From: a bacterium
Lineage (GTDB): Bacteria > Bacillota > Clostridia > Oscillospirales > Oscillospiraceae
NCBI GenBank assembly: GCA_004560305.1
Contig: SFVI01000009.1
Location: 4,026 to 68,025 of the forward strand
Reading direction: 5' to 3'
DNA length: 64,000 bases
Position 1 is the first letter of the stretch. Each line of letters starts with the position of its first letter. A model generated the notes under the pieces. The model had not been told where the DNA came from. It searched no databases and worked only from the letters and a program-made list of their open reading frames with translations. Both the position numbers and the translations under genes were made by a program. Shown piece by piece: positions 59,536 through 64,000 of the stretch.

Positions 59536-61352
59536 GTTTTTTCACTCTCCCCGCTGTGGAAATAGTCATACACCGCCTGGGCCGTGTTTTTGGGCACCAC
59601 CAGCCGGAGCTGCTCCAGACTGGCCTCCCGGATAGCCTTGACGGATTTAAAGGTTTTTATAAGCTCGTTTCGGCGCTTGTCCCCCACGCCGGGGATCTTG
59701 TCCAGGGTAGAACCGTAGCCCTCGCTGCGCAGGGAGCGCTGATACTCAATGGCGAAGCGGTGGGTCTCCTCCTGGATGCCGCCGATGAGGGCGAACACTG
59801 CCTGGTTCTGGCTGATGCCGATCTCCTGCCCCTCCGGGCTGATCAGGGCCCGGGTGCGGTGCCGGTCGTCCTTCACCATGCCGAAGGTGGGCACGCAGAA
59901 GCCCAGGTCCAGCTGGGCCTGGACAGCCACGGCGGCATGGGTGTCGCCGCCGTCGATCAGCAGCAAATCCGGCAGCGGAGCAAACTTCTCGTCCCCTTCC
60001 GCATAGTGCCGGAAGCGGCGGTACACCGCCTGGTACATGCTGGCATAGTCATCCTGCATTTCCAGGTCCTTGATGCGAAACTTCCGATAACCCCGCTTTA
60101 AGGGCTTCCCATCCACATGGACGGTCATGGCCGCTACGATACCGGTGGCCCCCAGGTTGGACACGTCGAAGGCTTCGATCCGCTCCGGAAACTGCTCCAG
60201 CTCCAGGGTCTTCTGCAGCCACTCCAGGGTCTTGGAGCGGCGCTGGGCCGCGGTGGTGCGGCGCTGGATCTCCTCCCGGGCGTTGAGGGCCGCGCTCTCA
60301 ATGAGGCGCATCCGCTCCCCCCGTTTGGGGGTCTCGATATAGATTCTGCGGCCGGAGCACTGGCTCAGTAGCACCTCCAGATCCTGCCGGTCCTCGATCT
60401 CGCAGGGCAGCAGGATGGATTTGGGCCAGCCGCCCCGGTGAGCAGTGTAATACTGGCGCACCAGATCGGATATGGCCTCGCTGTCCTCTTCCAGGGGCTC
60501 CTCCATCATTTCGGTGTCCTTGCCCACCAGGTCGCCGTTGACAAAGTGCAGCACGGTGAAGCAGCTTTTGGCCCCCCGGCAGAAGCCGATGGCATCGGTA
60601 TCGGCAAAGGCGGTGGCGATGACCCGCTGGCGGTTGGACAGGTTTTCTATCGCCCGCAGCCGGTCCCGCAGCTCAGCGGCCTTTTCAAAGCGCAGCTCCT
60701 CCGCCGCCTGCTCCATCTGGCAGCGCAGGTCCTCCAACAGTTCCCCGCTCTTACCGTCCAGAATCAAAGCCGCCTGGCTCATGCGGCGGCGGTATTCCTC
60801 GCCGCTGCTGTCCTTCAGGCACCAGCCCAGGCAGGCGCCCATGTGGTAATTGAGGCAGGGCCGCTCCTTGCCGATGTCCCGGGGGAACTTCCGGGAGCAA
60901 TCCGGCAACAGCAGGGCCTTGCTGATGGTGCTGATCACATTCTTGGTCTGGCCCCGGCTGCCGAAGGGGCCGTAGTATTTGGCGCCGTCCTTGGCGGCCC
61001 GGTTGGAAAGGCTCATGCTGGGGTATTCCTCCCGCATATCCAGGCGGATGAAGGGATAGCCCTTGTCGTCCTTCAAAAGGATGTTGTAATGGGGCTTATG
61101 ACGTTTAATGAGGGAGTTTTCCAGCACAAGGGCCTCAAACTCGCTGGCGGCCACAATGACGTTGAAGTCCGCCACCTTATCCACCATGGCCTGCACCTTG
61201 GGCAGATGCTCCCCGTGAAAATAGCTGCTGACCCTGTTTTTCAGCTTCTTTGCCTTGCCAACGTATATCACTTCGCTCTTTTCATCCAGCATGATATACA
61301 CCCCCGGCAACAGGGGCAGATTATTGGCTTTTTCTCTCAGGGTATCAAGCAT
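59526..61352 (-). CDS. uvrC: Excinuclease ABC subunit C
   Basis: GIY-YIG N-terminus (PGVYIMLDE...IYVGKA), UVR domain, C-terminal (HhH)2. Confidence 0.95.
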   Translation of the reverse strand: MLDTLREKANNLPLLPGVYIMLDEKSEVIYVGKAKKLKNRVSSYFHGEHLPKVQAMVDKVADFNVIVAASEFEALVLENSLIKRHKPHYNILLKDDKGYPFIRLDMREEYPSMSLSNRAAKDGAKYYGPFGSRGQTKNVISTISKALLLPDCSRKFPRDIGKERPCLNYHMGACLGWCLKDSSGEEYRRRMSQAALILDGKSGELLEDLRCQMEQAAEELRFEKAAELRDRLRAIENLSNRQRVIATAFADTDAIGFCRGAKSCFTVLHFVNGDLVGKDTEMMEEPLEEDSEAISDLVRQYYTAHRGGWPKSILLPCEIEDRQDLEVLLSQCSGRRIYIETPKRGERMRLIESAALNAREEIQRRTTAAQRRSKTLEWLQKTLELEQFPERIEAFDVSNLGATGIVAAMTVHVDGKPLKRGYRKFRIKDLEMQDDYASMYQAVYRRFRHYAEGDEKFAPLPDLLLIDGGDTHAAVAVQAQLDLGFCVPTFGMVKDDRHRTRALISPEGQEIGISQNQAVFALIGGIQEETHRFAIEYQRSLRSEGYGSTLDKIPGVGDKRRNELIKTFKSVKAIREASLEQLRLVVPKNTAQAVYDYFHSGESEKTCE

Positions 61353-61381
61353 ACTGTTGACCTCGTTAAATTATGTAAACC

Positions 61382-62248
61382 TTATGCCGTCTCTGTCTCT
61401 TGGCTCTCCGTGATCTGTTCCTTGCCGAATATGCACCAGAGGGTGATGGACACCACCACGATAACGCCGCCGATCAGGGCGAAGATACCCGGCTTCTCCC
61501 CATCAAAGATCAGCACCCACACCGGGTTCAGCAGCGGCTCCACCGCGCCCAGCAGACAGCAGGCCAGGGGCGGGCAGTACCGGGAGGACTTCACATACAG
61601 GATGTAGGAAATGCCCAGCTGGAACACGCCCAGGGTCAGGATGGAGAGGGTGGCGGTGGTGGTAAACACCGGCTTGGTGGCAATGATGAAGGGCAGGCCC
61701 ACCAGGAAGGTCAGGCACTGGCCGATGAGAATACCGGAGAAGCGCTGCTCCCCTTCCAGCTCGCCCACGGCCATGAACATGCCGGCCATGAACATACCGG
61801 CGGCGATGGCCACCAGGTTGCCCAGGATATAGCCGGGCTGCAGCTGGTCAAAGAAAAACAGGGCGATGCCCAGAAGGGTCAGGGTGACCACGGCGGCGTC
61901 CGCCTTGCGGATGCAGGTCTTGTAGATCAGGGCAGTGAAAATGACGATGAACACCGGGGAAGTAAACTGCAGGACGATGGCGTTGGCGGCGGTGGTCAGC
62001 TTGTTGGCGCAGACGAAGCAGGTATACACGCAGGCGGACAGCACGCCAGCCAGAAAGGTTTTTTTACTCAGCACGAAGCGATGCCGGGAAATGACCATAT
62101 ACACGGCAATGGTGGCGCCGGCGATCAGGCTGCGCATACCGGCCACGGCGAAGCCGTTCCAGGGAATAAGCTTGATGAAGATGCCGGCAATGCTCCACAG
62201 CGTGGCGCAGACCAGCATTTCTATGATTGCCAGATTTTCTTTTTTCAT
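61382..62248 (-). CDS. EamA/DMT family transporter
   Basis: Ten hydrophobic helices; start trimmed to MKKENLAIIE (ATG 62248). Confidence 0.8.
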   Translation of the reverse strand: MKKENLAIIEMLVCATLWSIAGIFIKLIPWNGFAVAGMRSLIAGATIAVYMVISRHRFVLSKKTFLAGVLSACVYTCFVCANKLTTAANAIVLQFTSPVFIVIFTALIYKTCIRKADAAVVTLTLLGIALFFFDQLQPGYILGNLVAIAAGMFMAGMFMAVGELEGEQRFSGILIGQCLTFLVGLPFIIATKPVFTTTATLSILTLGVFQLGISYILYVKSSRYCPPLACCLLGAVEPLLNPVWVLIFDGEKPGIFALIGGVIVVVSITLWCIFGKEQITESQETETA

Positions 62249-62296
62249 GATATGCCTCACCAGAAACACGAAAGGTTTGAAAGGGGTGCTGATTAC

Positions 62297-62332
62297 AAAA
62301 AATAGGCGCGTGATCTTCACGCGCCTGTTTTT
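62297..62332. terminator. Bidirectional-looking terminator after ptsH
   Basis: aaaaaat-aggcgcgtga-tctt-cacgcgcct-gttttt. Confidence 0.75.
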
Positions 62333-62347
62333 ATCAATTTGATCAGA

Positions 62348-62611
62348 TCACTCGTTGAAATCGGAATCAATGAGTTCGGCCAGGGTAGCAATCGCCGCGT
62401 CCTCGTCAGCACCGTCAGCGATGATGTTGATGGTGGTGCCCTTGACAATACCCAGGGAAAGAACGCCCAGGAGGCTCTTGGCGTTCACACGCCGCTCTTC
62501 CTTCTCCACCCAGATGCTGCTCTTGAACTCGTTGGCTTTCTGAATGAAGAAAGTCGCGGGCCGGGCATGAAGACCTACCTGATTATTGATGACTACTTCT
62601 TTGGTTATCAT
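62348..62611 (-). CDS. ptsH: Phosphocarrier protein HPr
   Basis: His15 motif VGLHARPA and Ser46 motif NAKSLLGVLSLG; ATG 62611, 9 nt after AAGGAG (the track GTG start abuts the SD). Confidence 0.93.
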   Translation of the reverse strand: MITKEVVINNQVGLHARPATFFIQKANEFKSSIWVEKEERRVNAKSLLGVLSLGIVKGTTINIIADGADEDAAIATLAELIDSDFNE

Positions 62612-62734
62612 ACTTGCCACTCCTTATTTCATAACGATATTGCTTTCTTAATTTAACAAATTTTTCGGAAATCGTCAACCGCTTTCGTTGCTTTCATTAT
62701 TTTCACCATTTATTTTTCTTCACTGCGGCGAAAT

Positions 62735-64000
62735 TTATTTAAGTTCGACAACAGTAACGCCTGCCTCACCCTCGCCAAATCTTCCCAAACGGAAAGATTT
62801 TACGCTTTTATTCCGTTTCAGCATCTGCTGCACCGCGGCGCGCAGGGCGCCGGTGCCTTTGCCGTGGATGATGGTGACGGTTTTCAGCCGGGACATGACG
62901 GCGCTGTCGATATACCGCTCGGCAGCCAGGACGGCTTCCACGCTCTCCATGCCCCGCAGATCGATCTGAGGCTCAATGCTCATAGATCGCAGCTGGGCAG
63001 CGCTGCTTTTGGCCACAGTCTTGGGGCCGGGGACCTTCTCCCCTTCCAGCAGCAGCACCTCGTCCTCTTTGGCGGTGACATTCATGATGCCGGCCCGGAG
63101 ACTCAGCACCCGATCAGGCGAGATGGCCAGAACCGTGGCCTTCATGCCCATGGACTTGATCTGCACCGTGTCCCCCACCTTCAAGGGCCGGGAAGAAGTT
63201 TTTTCCGCCGGTGCCGGTTCCAGCTCTTTTCGCAGGGCCTCCTGGCTGAGATTCAGCTTCCGGCGCAGCTGGGAGCGGGCCTCGTTGATCTGCTGGGCCT
63301 CCTCCTGCTCGTTGGCGTGCTTACGCATCTCGTCCAGTTCATGAAAGACCTCCTCAGCGGTGGCACGAGCGTCCTGAATGATCCGCTCCGCCTCCCGGCG
63401 GGACTTCAGATCCGCCTTATCCAGCCGCACCTCCAGCTCGGCCTTCAGGAAAGCGGCCTTTTTGGCGCTCTCCTGGGCCTCCCGCAGCTTCACGGCGGCC
63501 TCGTTCCGATCCCGCTCCAGCAGGAGACGGGTCTGCTCCAGCTTTTCGATGGTGGCCTCAAAGCTGGCGCTCTCGGTGCTGACCCGGTTGCGGGCGTCCG
63601 CAATGATGTCCTCCCCCAGTCCCAGGCGCTGGGAAATGGCAAAGGCGTTGGATTTGCCGGGGATGCCCACCAGCAGATGATAGGTGGGGCGGAGGGTCTC
63701 CACATCGAACTCGCAGGAGGCGTTCTGCACCCCCGGCTCATTGGTGGCATAGACCTTCAGCTCCGCATAGTGGGTGGTGGCGGCAATGACGGCCCCCTTC
63801 CGGCGGCAGTATTCGATAATGGCCACGGCCAGGGCCGCACCCTCGGTGGGGTCGGTGCCGGCGCCCAGCTCGTCAAACAGGATCAGGGAGCGGTCATCGC
63901 ACTCTTCGATAATATTGACGATATTGCTCATGTGGGCAGAGAAGGTGGAGAGATTTTGCTCAATGCTCTGCTCATCGCCGATGTCTGCCAAGATGTGGCT
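62735..64000 (-). CDS. mutS2: Endonuclease MutS2 (C-terminal part; the gene continues beyond the window)
   Basis: MutS ATPase tail LFDELGAGTDPTEG, long coiled coil, C-terminal Smr domain IIHGKGTGALR. Confidence 0.92.
   Translation of the reverse strand, partial: SHILADIGDEQSIEQNLSTFSAHMSNIVNIIEECDDRSLILFDELGAGTDPTEGAALAVAIIEYCRRKGAVIAATTHYAELKVYATNEPGVQNASCEFDVETLRPTYHLLVGIPGKSNAFAISQRLGLGEDIIADARNRVSTESASFEATIEKLEQTRLLLERDRNEAAVKLREAQESAKKAAFLKAELEVRLDKADLKSRREAERIIQDARATAEEVFHELDEMRKHANEQEEAQQINEARSQLRRKLNLSQEALRKELEPAPAEKTSSRPLKVGDTVQIKSMGMKATVLAISPDRVLSLRAGIMNVTAKEDEVLLLEGEKVPGPKTVAKSSAAQLRSMSIEPQIDLRGMESVEAVLAAERYIDSAVMSRLKTVTIIHGKGTGALRAAVQQMLKRNKSVKSFRLGRFGEGEAGVTVVELK

Overview
GC-rich (about 60% by eye, not computed), gene-dense core chromosome, most consistent with an endospore-forming Clostridia-type Firmicute. 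That placement rests on the spoIIAA-spoIIAB-sigF operon, T-box leaders, and dcw and comEC-holA synteny. I support about 60 protein genes, mostly on the minus strand:
- rnmV, holA, comEC, a HIT protein and alaS (T-box)
- U32 peptidase, mltG, tmk, a sirtuin, glycerate kinase, prfC and pcrA
- a GH25 muramidase, the spoIIA operon, valS (T-box) and glnS
- rfbA and rfbB, secG, a TRAP transporter (dctPQM) and an orphan CsoR-type repressor
- sfsA translationally coupled to a THEP1-type NTPase, a YbaK-type deacylase, and xpaC-telA
- rpe, recR and rnj
- a full dcw cluster (mraZ, rsmH, ftsL, PBP, murE, mraY, ftsW, murG, murA, ftsQ, ftsZ)
- coaD, rsmD, uvrC, ptsH and the 3' part of mutS2

I found no rRNA, tRNA, CRISPR array, transposase, integrase, prophage block or recognisable defence genes. 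I also see no convincing multi-gene novel system; this looks like an ordinary housekeeping region.

The best leads are small-scale:
1. An unannotated 47-codon gene for a Cys/Gly/Asn-rich membrane peptide. It falls below the ORF-track cutoff and is masked by antisense ORFs.
2. A family of two-hairpin intergenic repeats (3 copies, one pair forming a MITE/BIME-like inverted structure), with compensatory stem changes.
3. A truncated thioredoxin-reductase-like flavoprotein lacking the NADPH motifs.
4. An orphan His-rich CsoR with a C6G6 palindromic operator.
5. Phased MraZ-box-like repeats.
6. A spoIIA operon that starts 23 nt after the valS terminator.

All calls rest on motif recognition by eye in the supplied translations and sequence. 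No database search was run. Many long ORFs in the track are antisense artefacts of GC-rich coding DNA.
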